A stretch of 62,603 bases of DNA, the filler included, from Basidiobolus ranarum (lineage: Eukaryota), in NCBI GenBank assembly GCA_040143965.1. It is 10 parts of 10 records of this genome, joined end to end, with 100 filler letters (N's around TTAATTAATTAA, not from the genome) between each part and the next. Parts side by side here need not be neighbours in the genome. Positions count along the whole stretch, not along the records: positions 50,184 to 56,344 come from JASJQH010001392.1; positions 56,445 to 62,603 come from JASJQH010001393.1; 8 more parts are not named here. The stretch is one strand, 5' to 3'. Both the position numbers and the translations under genes were made by a program. Below the pieces are notes generated by a model. It had not been told where the DNA came from. It ran no database searches and saw nothing but the letters and a program-made list of their open reading frames with translations. Shown here piece by piece: positions 50,371 to 62,603 of the stretch. Positions within the stretch are counted from its first letter, which is position 1. Every line of letters starts with the position of its first letter.

Positions 50371-53300
50371 AGTGGACTCGAATTGACTGGCAGTGAAGAT
50401 GGTCGAATGAATGGGAAGTGTAGTGGAGTTATATACGTAAATTCAGATTAGCAGCATTCTAATTTAGGAATTCCCTTTCGCACCTAACGTATTCAAGTTT
50501 AGCATTATAATCTAATCACCAATCAGAAGAAATCCTAGACCTGGTCTTACATTCATTGACCTATACAAAGTAGCCAATATACTTGCTTATTTGCCAGGTG
50601 GTCACAGTTGTACATGGTGAAGAGTGGCGTACCATTTTAGCAATTAATTAGCTCTTCTAATATAGTTGCTCCCCAACTCTCTTCATTCCATATTTAGAAG
50701 CCAATACAGTCTGAATTAGGTTGGATTATAGTGAAGAATCACAGCCAATAAAAACAAATACTTCCAATTCAAGGTCCTTGATATTTAGGGTAGGAGTGCT
50801 CAGTTCCACTCAAGTCCTGAGCCGATAGCCATTAGGCTAAGAACAAAGAAGCATAAACTATATCATTCGGAGATGTGGATACTGTCAAGCATGGATGCCC
50901 ACGAATTGGCTCACTCTGGAATTATCCTCACCCCAGCCTCCACGCGGAATAGTTTATCACTAAACGATTTGCTCAACACCGAGCACCAATACATTTCATT
51001 GAAGCCTTTGGTTATTAGACAATCTAGAGTAAGCTAACTCTCAACCATGACTCAGTATTCCACCCAAAGGCTTCGAGACTTTATGCCCCAATTTTTGCCT
51101 TAGTAGTGCCAATATTGCCTCGTTGATTCGTAAATCGAGATCGCAGTTGTTTTAGCTCTCGTAAGACTTGATTGAAGGAATACCATCTCAGAGGTCACAT
51201 TACTCACTTCCTCAAAAGACCGTTTTTCAGTTGTACGGATTTTTCAAGGTTAAAGCGAGAGATAGTTGGTTCTGGTGCGCCAATTTCTATTTCAGCCCAG
51301 TCTCAGATGCCAAATCGAGTACGTTTACAAACTGTGTGTCTACACAAATACGCTCGCCATACATACATATCAGGAAATAGGCCAGTTCGAGTCATCCATC
51401 CTATATATATTAATAGGGTAGGTTATCGGCGAATATGGATATTTTGCAATAGTATGCGATTCCACCATCACATCTTTCAATAGCTGCGTGGGCCCTTTAA
51501 TTGGAGATGGTTTGTTCTATATAGTTCGATCGAAACTAATTTCCTTTTTGCTAATCAACTCGACGTTGTTACCAATCGGGATGCACAATTAAATGTCTGT
51601 GACAGATCTTTGAAAACATGTGATTGCCATCTCAGAATCCTTCGGTGGTTTTGGGCACCAACTGGTTGCTTGATTAATTCTAGTACAGTCTTCTTTTTTT
51701 GTACGACAGCTCACTTTTGTACGGTGGTGTAAGTTCGTTAGAAGCTTTTCAAGCATGGAGCAATAGAGGCTTCGACGTCTAATCTCTTAAGAATGTATAT
51801 AGAGCTCTAGTTTTGCATATCAAGTACCAACACCAGAGTGATAGGTAGTAATGGGTGATGCGAGGTATCACATTATATTACCGATTAGTATTACGGCTAG
51901 GAGATTACCTAGTTGATCAAATATTATCTGATATCTAGCTCGTATACCTCTTATTTTCCCATGTAGATGGACTAACCAATATACTCGATCTTAACGATGC
52001 TGCAATAATATCCAACTTATATTCACAAATGGTTGCGCTTATGCTATCTTCTTAGATGCTTGTGTAGCTTGAATCTGAAAAATCGTATTATTGTTCTAAG
52101 ATCGTGAGTATATGTCTAACTGTCCATATTCTTTTTTGACTCTACAAGCTAAACTTGAAACAATCACTCTATGTCTTACTCCCAGTATTGTGTGTGCGCA
52201 TGGTATTAGGTATATTCAATTCCTGTATCGCACAAGGTCAGCTGGTTTCCATGATAGTTTCTCACCTTGGTATGCTTTTAAACCTTATCAATGCCGAAAT
52301 AAAGTCAATTCTAGTAGCACAGTAACGCTACATTAGAATATAGAGAAATATGACAGTGGACACCGCTTTCTGAGAACTTTTTTTCCCTTTGCTGGCTGAT
52401 ATCGTAGTACAATACTAACCCACACAAATATTAGAATACTAAGTACATGCCACCTTTATTCTCTCAGTTGGCTTCATTGCATTCTAATTAGTTCATTGTC
52501 AACGTGACTCTAGAATCTTTCAAACTTCACAGTCCCAAGAAATACATTGTGGTGTTACTACAGTATTATCTTTAAATCTACTTTTCATAAAATTAAGCAC
52601 TATAAGATTGACTGTTTCCACTAATGTTGATTTAATTTATTGGCGATGTTTTCACAGTGCTCAGGATATTTTAAATTGTTCGATTTTGATAGATGATATT
52701 TGGTGATATGTAATTTATGTGAAATGAAAAAATTATCGATTGAGAGATTCTCCAGGTATCTCCGGAGGAGTGGTGAAAGTATTTAAATTTATCTTCAGTA
52801 CATTTTCTATATACAGAAGAAACATATTCTCATCTTAACTTTAAAGTCTCCTTCTAGTGAGCTACATACAAGCGGTATGTGATAATTGCAGTTTGACTTT
52901 ACTATAGTATCTCAGCACTCCTATTTCGCTTATAACATAGCTTTTCATTTCTCAAAATCATTTTGCACACAAAAATATCACCCCTTCTTGTGGGCAAACG
53001 TCCACTTATATCGATCTTTACACATATTTGAGTCACTGAACGGAAGTTATACTAACCCTAAAATCCTTATGTTCCCTCTTTTTATGCAAGATCCATTGGT
53101 AGAATCTCCCGGAGCTTGTAAACCTTTAGTATTCTTATCATGAGTATTTTCAATCAAGTATATGCAGGTCATTGTTAATATCCACATTTTGATTATCAAT
53201 AAAGCATTAATTACCTCAGCCTATGTATGATGTACGCAATTTGAATGTAGAGCTGTTACAACCACTACTACGGCTAAGTACTTGATATATAATCTACTAT

Positions 53301-54957
53301 TGGAGTGTAACTAGCCTGTATATCTATTTTCTAAGTAACATCTATGCCTTCTTGAATATTGAAATACTCTCATAGTATTTGTAAAAGTTAAAGCATTACA
53401 ACTCTGCTTAGTAAATATATATCACTCAACTCTACACTCACTCCTATTCTTAATATTCATTGCAGTTGCCTCAAATTCACATGATACATATTTTCCTGAT
53501 GATTTGACACTCAACTCAACTCTATGCCTTGTACTTGCTACTTTATAAACATGAAAAGAGTATTTTCACTTGCTGCAAAAATAGAGAGACTGTAGTAGGA
53601 TGGCTTAGAGCATAGAGTAAGTATTTCCATATTCTGTCTGCTCAAAAATGCGAACTTAATTTTGATATTTCAAAGCAAATCCGGATCATACCAATTGCAA
53701 TCAATTAATATGTTTCTGCCATGAATATTGATAATAATACTTTTAAAATATTTATCTATTCCACCTATAGTATCTAAAACCAGGGATAATTCAAATTTAT
53801 TGCTATCTTAATTTATTAATGATTTATACAGATACTGATACTATAGTTTAATTATATATAGCTCTCAACCCTTGTGATACTGTTTAGTTGCTTAATTCTT
53901 AAGAGAACACTGCTACCCTCTATAATTCAGAACTAAACCAAGATGAGAGGAGATATTAAGATACACTAGCAAAAGCAATATCTGGATACAGAGGTTGGGG
54001 ATAAAAGAATATCTTGTTTCCAATATATTCAATTTTACTAAGTTATTTAAGATATTGTACGAAGATTGATGATCCAAAAAGTATGCATAAGGTCACTAAT
54101 AAAATTCAGGCTCATGGTTCCATATCAAATCTTCCATATTTACCAGTCAACTATTCAATTAAAATAATAAAATGCAAAGCAGACTTTTTGCCTGATGAAC
54201 AGTATTTCATTACAATGAGATTAGTAGCTTGTGATTCAGTAGGGTAACCCTTGTGATTTTGCTTCAAGAGACTATACATTCACTTTGTAGTTCATTTAAC
54301 CATATAAGAAGTAGGTCTTTGTCTACCATCTAACTTGATTATCACATACAATCAGGAACTACCTTTACCATACACATCAGGCCATCACCATATTTAAACA
54401 ATTTCATCAATACATGCTGTCCCTATCATTATAGCATTAAATGGTAGTTCCTTATTTCAAATGGTTACAGTCTAGTGTAGTAAATGGAAATGCTCATAAA
54501 TTCATGCAAGTGTTATGCAAGTTAATACTATATTTTATGTGGTGCTCCCTGTGCCATTCATCAAGACATATTCCCAATTTTGGCAACCTCAATTGTTGAA
54601 AATCTTTCCTATAGCAATTTTTTTGTTTTACACTAGTGCCACCTTAACTACATAGTGTATAACCAGTTATGGCTATTTATAGAGAAACATAGATATGACT
54701 GGCAAGAAAAGTTGGTCATTGATTGCATATATCAGATAGAATGTTTGACATTGCAGCAAAATGAAACATAGGTGAGTCAATACTGCATCAAGATTGAATA
54801 ATCATAAGTCAATATGTGCAAGTGTAGTGTATATCATTTGTACCATTGAGGAATCAATATTCATATGTGTATTCAACTATATGTAGTGTTGGGTAATGGG
54901 AAGACTTAAATTCACTAGTATAACTACATTCATTAGAAAAATTGAATATGTTTGAAT

Positions 54958-55289
54958 CTGTTGAAGTATTTGGGAGCCTGTTGGAAGTGGTTTGGAGAAA
55001 CAGAGAAACTGGTGGTGTTCACTTATTGACTTATTGAGTAGAAAGTTGACATTTGTACTTTTGTCAAGATGTAAGCAAAATAGCATATAATATGTGTTAC
55101 AGAAGGGCCCAAGAACAAGTATGCAAAGTTTGGGGCTTCTAGCACAAGTTTGAAAGAATCTATATATCTGAGAACTTCCAAGTAAATTCCTTATGAGAAT
55201 AATGGGTAATATCATAGTGAAATATAAGATAACTAGGTACTAAGCTATATATGACTATGTAGGTGCTTAGCCAATGTTGATTTCAGCAG
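54958..55289 (-). repeat. Interspersed repeat family, copy 3, inside a CpG-depleted tract
   Basis: Reverse complement aligns along 13255-13560 (ctgctgaaatca..atatagcttagtac..ggaatttactt.gaagttc..agaagccccaaactttgc..ctcccaaatacttcaac). Confidence 0.85.
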
Positions 55290-56344
55290 AGTCTTCAGTG
55301 AAGCTCAGTGGAATATTTGTACTTTCTATGTCCTCGAGAATAGTTATTAATATTTGTTCATGTCCTACTTGTCTTCATACTAATCCTTAAATTTGACTTG
55401 TCTGGCCAGCCCATGATCTTCAAACAATGTAGTAATAGACAAATATTTAGTATTTCACTGAGTTTCTAATCCTCATAAGATTGTATTAACTATATTATTT
55501 TGGTGCTCAATGACAGTAGTTAAACATAAGCCAATGATGACATAATTGGCAGTTAATATCTATAATCATTATAAAATGCAAGCCAAGCAAGCCATATACA
55601 TGCAACCTTCAGCCAGCCCCAGTTGAAATGATAGCCACATAAGAGGATGAAGTTACTACAATACTATGATTATGACCATAGAGAGAGCAACCTGAAATGA
55701 GACTTACGGAGCCTGAATAAGTCTGGCAATCAATAACTTTGGGCCTAAATCAAAACATGAACACTTACTTCTAATGCAAAGATTTGAGAGTAGAATACAG
55801 AAGTTCAAATTTTAACAAACTAAGTAATATTATCAGGGTCAAGGATTGGCGATATAAGAGCGCAGCCAATCTGCAGCTCACTTTAAATATGCAATTGAAC
55901 ACACCTAGGAAACATAAATATCTTGTGACTTGCCATTGGCACTATCTAACATCCACACCAAGGTCACTTTTATTAATATTAGAGCGCAGAACATTTATAT
56001 TCAAGCATATCGCAGTTATGTTGAATAAAGAAAAGGGTTCCTCAAAAATCCATGCCCCCATAATTCCTGTAAGATTCGTAAAATGAAATTATACTATGAA
56101 TAAATCAAGTTAAATCCTGTCTTCAATTCAGCAAAGCAACAGGTGAATATCCTTAGTTCAATTGATTCTATCAAGCACCTCAAATCCATCATCAATACTT
56201 TTGGCATTTCTAGCCTTCTTACTAGCCTGCGAGCTATAAAATATTCTAATCTTCATCATAGTGACAAGTACTGTCCTTCTGCCACAAAACACAAACTATG
56301 TAGCAAAAGATCAAACAAAATGCCCTGACCAAAGTAGACTTACT

Positions 56345-56444
56345 NNNNNNNNNNNNNNNNNNNNNNNNNNNNNNNNNNNNNNNNNNNNTTAATTAATTAA
56401 NNNNNNNNNNNNNNNNNNNNNNNNNNNNNNNNNNNNNNNNNNNN
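56345..56444. other. Artificial contig linker
   Basis: N44-TTAATTAATTAA-N44. Confidence 0.98.
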
Positions 56445-56507
56445 ATCAATTTAATTAAAATAAATCTTGAACAACTATTTTTTTCTTTGATGTTTATATT
56501 TATCTGC

Positions 56508-57149
56508 TTAAATTCCTTTTTTTTCTTGATTTTTTTTTCTTTTTTGATCGTAGTGATAGACGTCAGCATTAGGACTCAACCCCGCTTTGATCATCTCCGT
56601 TTTCAATTCCAAAGCCTCCTTAGAGTTTCGTTTTCCAAGTATGGTTATAAGATCCGCATAAGCTTTTACACTCATTTTCAAGCCTATTCTTTGCATTTCA
56701 CGAAAATTACTCACCGCTAATGTGGGCAATCTGAGTGTGGTATATACTTCAAATAGTGCGTAATATTCAGCTCCGGTAGTTCCAAATTTGGACTCATGTT
56801 GTCGAAGAATTCTTAATACTTGGTCACATTTTTCGGTTCTTTCAGCAGTATTAGGAATAAGACTTAACCGACGCAACAAGGGAGAGAAATGAGCCTTCGT
56901 CTTGGATTTGGGTTCAAACCTCTCGAGCCAATACCACAATTCGTGACGCTTGGACTGAACAACCGGTTCTAGGTTAGAGTTTTTAGTAACGTTTTTGGAA
57001 GGCACACTATATACTCGAATCTGAGGACCCAATCGTATGGCTCTGTTCAACGTTAACGAATGGAATATCTCCAAACTAGTAGAAAATTGGGTCTGTCGAC
57101 AAGGCCAGCCATAAAACCTGTTAATATGTGTTCGAACTCGAGAGAGCAT
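56508..57149 (-). CDS. Pentatricopeptide repeat (PPR) protein with a probable mitochondrial presequence; C-terminus interrupted
   Basis: Arg/Ser-rich N-terminus MLSRVRTHINRF. PPR-like units: EYYALFEVYTTLRLPTLAVSNFREMQRIGLKMSVKAYADLITILGKRNSKEALELKTEMIKAGLSPNADVY. Confidence 0.75.
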   Translation of the reverse strand: MLSRVRTHINRFYGWPCRQTQFSTSLEIFHSLTLNRAIRLGPQIRVYSVPSKNVTKNSNLEPVVQSKRHELWYWLERFEPKSKTKAHFSPLLRRLSLIPNTAERTEKCDQVLRILRQHESKFGTTGAEYYALFEVYTTLRLPTLAVSNFREMQRIGLKMSVKAYADLITILGKRNSKEALELKTEMIKAGLSPNADVYHYDQKRKKNQEKKGI

Positions 57150-57414
57150 TTCTTTCCAAACGACTTCGCCTCTTTTATGAGAGGCTGTATGTGGAATAAG
57201 AAATTGGACAAAGACAAAAATGACTAAAAAATAGCTAACTCATGAAATCATCTGGAGGTTCATTCATACATCAAATTCATTCCATGAACTTCAAAATTTC
57301 AATTGACCCGGATCCAAAAATATTTTATCTTGACTACTAAGAATATGAATCCCTTTTTTCTCCGCCTTGAACAATCCTTCTGTGCACGAATATAGAAAAA
57401 GGGATATATATTTC

Positions 57415-57442
57415 TTAACCCTAACCCCAACCCTAGCCTAGC
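57415..57442 (+). repeat. Short degenerate telomere-like (TAACCC)n tract in a divergent promoter
   Basis: TTAACCCTAACCCCAACCCTAGCCTAGC. Confidence 0.45.
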
Positions 57443-57758
57443 TTTATACAATAATAGACATAGCATAGCTTTTTTCGATAGCTTTTTTCGAAACGTAATA
57501 GATGTAGTGGTATCGGCTCTTTTTGAAGTTTGGACAATGACGGTCAACAGTATAAACATTATAGTTACGAAATAACGTTGAAATATCTATGTAATGATCA
57601 AGCCATCATCGCTTCCAAGGAAGCCAATCTTTATATAAATAACAAATTAAACATCAATATAAAATCACGAGTGAAAATTTTAGCCATTGTCTAATAGAAG
57701 TTAGAATAAATTATCGTACTTGCCACCTTTTTCCGCCTACATTTCCAAGTACGTGAAT

Positions 57759-59014
57759 ATGGCAGCAGCCGTCGAAACACTATCTCCCAATAACGAGACA
57801 AGAAAAGGAACCAGCTTGAGCTGGAAGCAATCTATTTTGGTAAGAACTTTTTGTATTTCATACTTAAGTTGAGTTCTCTAACTCCTCATATGACATTTCT
57901 ATAGGCCGGTGGCATGGCGGGTACTGCTGTTGATACTGCACTTTTCCCTCTTGATACCATTAAAACTAGACTTCAATCCAAAGCCGGATTTATTAAATCG
58001 GGTGGTTTCTCTGGTATCTATTCTGGTTTATCCTCCGCAGTTATCGGCTCTGCTCCTGGAGGTTCGCTTCTACCTTATCCTTAGTATCCCATAGTTCGTT
58101 TAAAATTCATTTCCAAAACCACCTCGTACTTTAGCTGCCGCTTTCTTTGTAACCTATGAAACCTTAAAAGTAGCATTGACTGGAAATGCTACAAATGAGT
58201 CACCTTTTGTCCATATGGCTGCTGCCTCAGGTGGTGAAATTGTAAGATAGAATTGGTCCAACTGCTTTTGCGGATATTTATTGACGCCTAATATGCCCTC
58301 TGTTAGAGTGCTTGTTTCGTTAGAGTACCAACTGAAGTCATCAAACAAAGAATGCAAACCAATCAATTCTCAACTATGAGTGCTACAGTTAAAGCACTGA
58401 TCAAAACCGATGGTATCCTTGGTTTCTATAGAGGATATTTGTCAACTGTTGTTCGTGAGGTTAGAACACACACAATCCAATGCCTATCCTAAATTGCCAA
58501 TCGATGTGTTTGTGACAACCTTTCTCTTTTTTAGATCCCTTTTACGTGTATTCAATTCCCTCTATATGAAAGATTGAAGGTTGGTTTTGTTTCGTCCGAA
58601 CGTATGTAATTTGAGTTAACCTTTGTTTTGGTTTAAAGGTGGAGTGGGGCAATGTCAAAGGTCGAAAGGTTGAGCCGTGGGAAGCTGGTCTTTGTGGTTC
58701 GTTTGCTGGTGGTGTCGCAGCTGCTATCACTACACCTTTGGATGTCGTGAAAACTAGACTAATGCTATCAGCTAAGGTTAGACTAATGTTATTTTAGAAT
58801 GCTTTATCCAATAGCCATTGACATAATCCATTTCTAGGGTAATCACCAATACTCGGGTATATTCCATACAATGGGTCGCATTTATACTGAGGAAGGTTTA
58901 CGCGCACTCTTCTCGGGTATCGGACCTAGAGTCATGTGGATCAGTATTGGTGGATATATCTTCCTTGGTGTTTATGAGAAAGCCAAGAAAACGATCGGAA
59001 ACTTGAACAAATAG
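57759..59014 (+). CDS. SAM5: Mitochondrial S-adenosylmethionine carrier (Sam5/Pet8, SLC25A26), seven exons
   Basis: [119 protein letters not shown]. Confidence 0.92.
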
Positions 59015-59409
59015 CTTTCCCATATTTATAATTCATCTTTCTTTATACCTTTACTGGAAAAAATATCGATTAGAATGAAACCATCCCATGCACCTCCATG
59101 AGGTCCATTTTTTTTAAGCTCCATTTCATTTGCATCACATTGGTTGTAACAAACTTCTCATAAATAGCTCATTCTTCAATATGATTCGAAGTCATCGTAT
59201 ACACTGGTACAGAATACTTTCACTGTGGATTGGATGAAACTTGATCTGCTTTATAATTTTCTTGCACCATACTTTGCGAGGGATAGGATTTGGTGTATAG
59301 TTATGGAAGGTAAAGGGTTAAATAGCGATGGGGTGATATGTTACATAAAGTAAATAAATGTGGCATTTCAATGCATGCGGCCTTTTCTGTAGTAACATAT
59401 AGCTTCATT

Positions 59410-60800
59410 TTACTTCGATTTGGCCTTCATTCTGCCGGCTTTTCTTGTGTTGTTTAGTTTGCGAATCCAGAATAGATTGGCCTTCTTAGCGAGATGAAAT
59501 ATGGGCAATTTTTCGAGAATGGATGGTTTAGTGCGTGTACGTGTCTGTGAAGGTCGATGCGGCATAGGTACAGCTCTATTGGCCATAATAATAAACTAAA
59601 TTCGGGTCAATTCAAGTCGAGTGCTATCATAGAGAGAGCTTTCTATTATCTTACCAGAGGGAATAACAAAGCAAACACACCAACATTTATAAACGATGGA
59701 AAGAAAAACGAGCACACAGTCCCAGGAAACCCTAGATTCATGTCGCAGATGTTAGAAACGCCCAGACGATATTCATGTTTTATCTATAGCTTCATACCAA
59801 AGCCAGCAAAATACGCCCAATGTTCTTCAAAATAACTCAAGCGCTGATCGAGACTCCACCCTTTGTTAATCCACTTGTATCTAGTAATAATTTGGACGGT
59901 CAATTATTACTTTGTAGAGATTCACTTAGTAGGCAATCTTAAACTCACTCAAAACTGTAATAAGCGTTCAACCAGCATAAATAAATGAACGAAACCAATG
60001 GCCCCATTAAAGGAACAGCGTGAACCAGAGATGCAAATATCAAGTAGTTGAGAATTAAAAAGGCCTCATAGATCACCTCTACCATGCCATTCAAAACACT
60101 ATTTCAATCAATTAATACTGTGTTTTAATACATTGAGACGAGAGTATGTAACGCCTGCTCAAGATGATGACATACTCCAGGTGCAAAGTTGTACATACCT
60201 ATCGTAAGATTTTTCAACTGTTTCTGGCTTTCCTACTTGAAGTCGATACGCTCTATCTGCGATCTCCTGATACCAAGTAGAATTCAGTACAAAGCTTATA
60301 CAATAAATCGGATACACCCAAAATAGCTGAATGAGATATTAGTATTGCAACGCCACTTGAAGAAAATAATTCGAAAGTTACTTACATGATATATCGTTTT
60401 GGTCAGAAATTTCATAGTGCTGGCTAAAGGAGTGGCATCACCAGAGGAGTCCATCATTAACGTATTTCCAAAGACGAAATATATCATCGGGATAACTACG
60501 TATTCGAAGAAAGTCAGACTACCCAGGAATATTAAACCGTTCAGAAGAAAGCATTTGAGCGCTCGAGTTTGGATAGTATTCGAGCTAGTTGGATGATAGT
60601 AAGTTAAATTTAGGGTACCAATAACGTTTCGGAGTCAAAAGACAAACTTACCCGTATATGATGATTAAAGTGGGTGGAATAGCACAAGCATCTTTAATAC
60701 CGTGCCAAGCATGACCTCCATATCGATGTGCTTCTTTTTGTATTGTGTTAAAGATTGTGACTTTTTCAATGGTTACAGGTTCTGCGCGTTTATCTTTCAT
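59410..60800 (-). CDS. EI24: EI24/EPG-4 family ER membrane protein, seven exons
   Basis: Almost entirely missed by the ORF track. Spliced: MKDKRAEP..AWHGIKDAC..RALKCFLLNGLIFLGSL..LFWVYPIYCISFVLNSTWYQEIADRAY..YLCWLNAYYSFEYKWINKGWSLDQRLSYFEEHWAYFAGFGFPGT..VGVFALLFPLFIIMANRA..KSK*. Confidence 0.88.
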
Positions 60801-61329
60801 TTTATGTTTTGAGTACTATTATAGCGCCTAGGTGTTATATTAGATAGGTTATAGCAAAGATATTGGCTTAAAGAGGTGTATTTACTAAACCCATTAGCTC
60901 CTTTGACCTTGTTCTTTACTTAATAGAGGAGTTCCTATCTTTGAATAGTAAAACTCGCGGCTTTGTTTCAGCATGACTAGTACAAACAGTCACTTGACTA
61001 GCCATTAGCTATCTTCAAGAGATTCCGATTATTTCAAACGATCGTCATCATCAACAAGGGGTGCAGATAAACAGATTTCAAATATTGAAATTAAATTTAT
61101 TCAATTAAGTGTTGTAAAATAAATGCTGGTAAACGTGTGCAGAATTAACATTAGCAGATACTTACAATTCAGTAAAATGCTTGAATAAGAAATATATACA
61201 TGTGTGCATACTTGGGATTTTTATTTGATTAAAATGAATATTCTATTTCTGAGATATGTAATGGAAATACAAAAGAAAACGGACAAAGTGCATCTTGTCA
61301 ACGTAACGACATGAAATGCTTTAAATATA

Positions 61330-62504
61330 TTATTCAATGAATTTGAGATCACTTTGGCGGTCGGGGGCGTAGACATCTTTGTATTTATCAAAGATTTCTT
61401 GAAGCTGCGCCATGTACTGTTCATGATAAACCTGGGCATCTTCATTTGTGGGGTTATCCATTTGTTTTACTTCAATGGGCTTACCAACTGAGAATTGGAT
61501 GTTATTGAATAATCCTTACTTGAAGATGAGAAAGTAAAAGGGGCACTTACCAACAACGTGAATAGGGCGACGGTGAGGAAGTGCTCCAAAGTCATAGATG
61601 AAGATACCACGTCCTATGACAATGGGTGTAGTAAATCCAAAGATAGCTTGGATTTTATGCTGTATCCAATGAAGCCAGGTTCCGGGTTTAGACTTTACCT
61701 GATCATATACATCCGTCTCACCAAATGCTAACACAGGTACCAAACGAGCACTAAGAAAAGGGTTAAGTTAAAACTCTACAGACCTCAAACCAATGATTCC
61801 ACATACCCATTTCTCATAGCCACTTTAACAAACCCATAACGTCTTTTGAGAATCAAGTTAAACGTTCCAGGGAAGGCTGTCAAGGATTCTGAGGCACCAC
61901 CAACTACTATCATGCAAGAGTTGCCAGGTCCTTTTTGAAGAATATTGTTACAAGATTTCCTTGCCACCGAGGCTAATCCAAAAGCCATGAGCAAATCCCG
62001 ATAAAAAGGTACATTAAAATTGCTATCCAAAGTTAGCAAACGAATGTTCAAGCCGGGGAACAACTGGGAAATATTGGCACCCTCGGTACCAAAAGTACCC
62101 CAAGCTCCAACAGCGATAATTCCGTGTGGATGGTAACCTTCAGCAAGTAAAGTCAGTCAGTATGTAACAAATCTTTAACAAAGGTCAGATGGAGTCATAC
62201 CAAATAAATAGTTATGTTTGGGGTCAAGTTCAGCTTCTTTGATAACACGAAGTGGGAAGAAGTCGACAAACCAACGCCAGAGAGGCAATCTTCTCACCCA
62301 TTCGCTTTTTCTTGAGCCTGTTCTGGGTGCTTTGTCGAAATATGACCAAATGAGGTAGATAATCAAAAGAGGCCAAAGCACAGGAATTGTAAGGCAAAGT
62401 AAGAATAGAGTGAGGCATATCGGAAGAAATGAAGCCCACAAAAATACACTTAATGTTTGAGCTCTACGTGGTAGAGGTACGTTGAAAGGGGCTATCTCTA
62501 CCAT
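61330..62504 (-). CDS. DGA1: Diacylglycerol O-acyltransferase 2 (Dga1/DGAT2), four exons
   Basis: [110 protein letters not shown]. Confidence 0.94.
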
Positions 62505-62603
62505 AATGCGAGGAACTAACACTCGTCAAGATTATGTAGCTGAGAATAGAATAGTGCAGAGTCTCAGAGAGGCACATCGGCCTTAAAATAGACAAAAAAG
62601 ACG

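Noticed and set aside
50400-53200. Scattered 70-100 aa ORFs in contig 9
   Set aside because: No motifs, coding-like composition or splice structure that I could support.

Overview
Eukaryotic, intron-rich, AT-rich fungal DNA. Gene content and short GT-AG introns fit an early-diverging fungus; a Basidiobolus-like zoopagomycete is plausible but unproven. The window is not contiguous: it is ten size-sorted contigs of about 6.16-6.19 kb joined by nine artificial 100-nt linkers (N44-TTAATTAATTAA-N44), so adjacency across linkers means nothing. Genes read from the sequence: an NFKBIL1-like protein, CDK7/KIN28, an F-box/LRR protein, DUS2, a coiled-coil protein, an intronless secreted PA/Fn3 subtilase, TOM1/HUWE1 (partial), a secreted HxT-motif 2H-phosphoesterase-like protein (partial), a BAR-SH3 protein with a C-terminal Cys/His motif, SPF30, a transcription factor with two Msn2/Ste12-type C2H2 finger pairs, an MKK1-like MAP2K, a UPF0390 small protein, a five-copy GH20 hexosaminidase tandem array (one intact, two decayed, two cut by contig ends), a TM-SH3 protein, PMC1 (partial), a PPR protein, SAM5/PET8, EI24 and DGA1. 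The ORF track misses UPF0390 and most of EI24, SAM5 and the BAR domain; I assembled these by reading across introns. CpG-depleted, TE-like tracts hold an interspersed repeat and a decayed subtilase fragment. No rRNA, tRNA or CRISPR array was seen. Best leads: the secreted 2H-phosphoesterase-like protein, the GH20 birth-and-death array with a conserved promoter block, the BAR-SH3-zinc-finger architecture and the doubled C2H2 DNA-binding domain. All family assignments come from motif recognition, not database searches.
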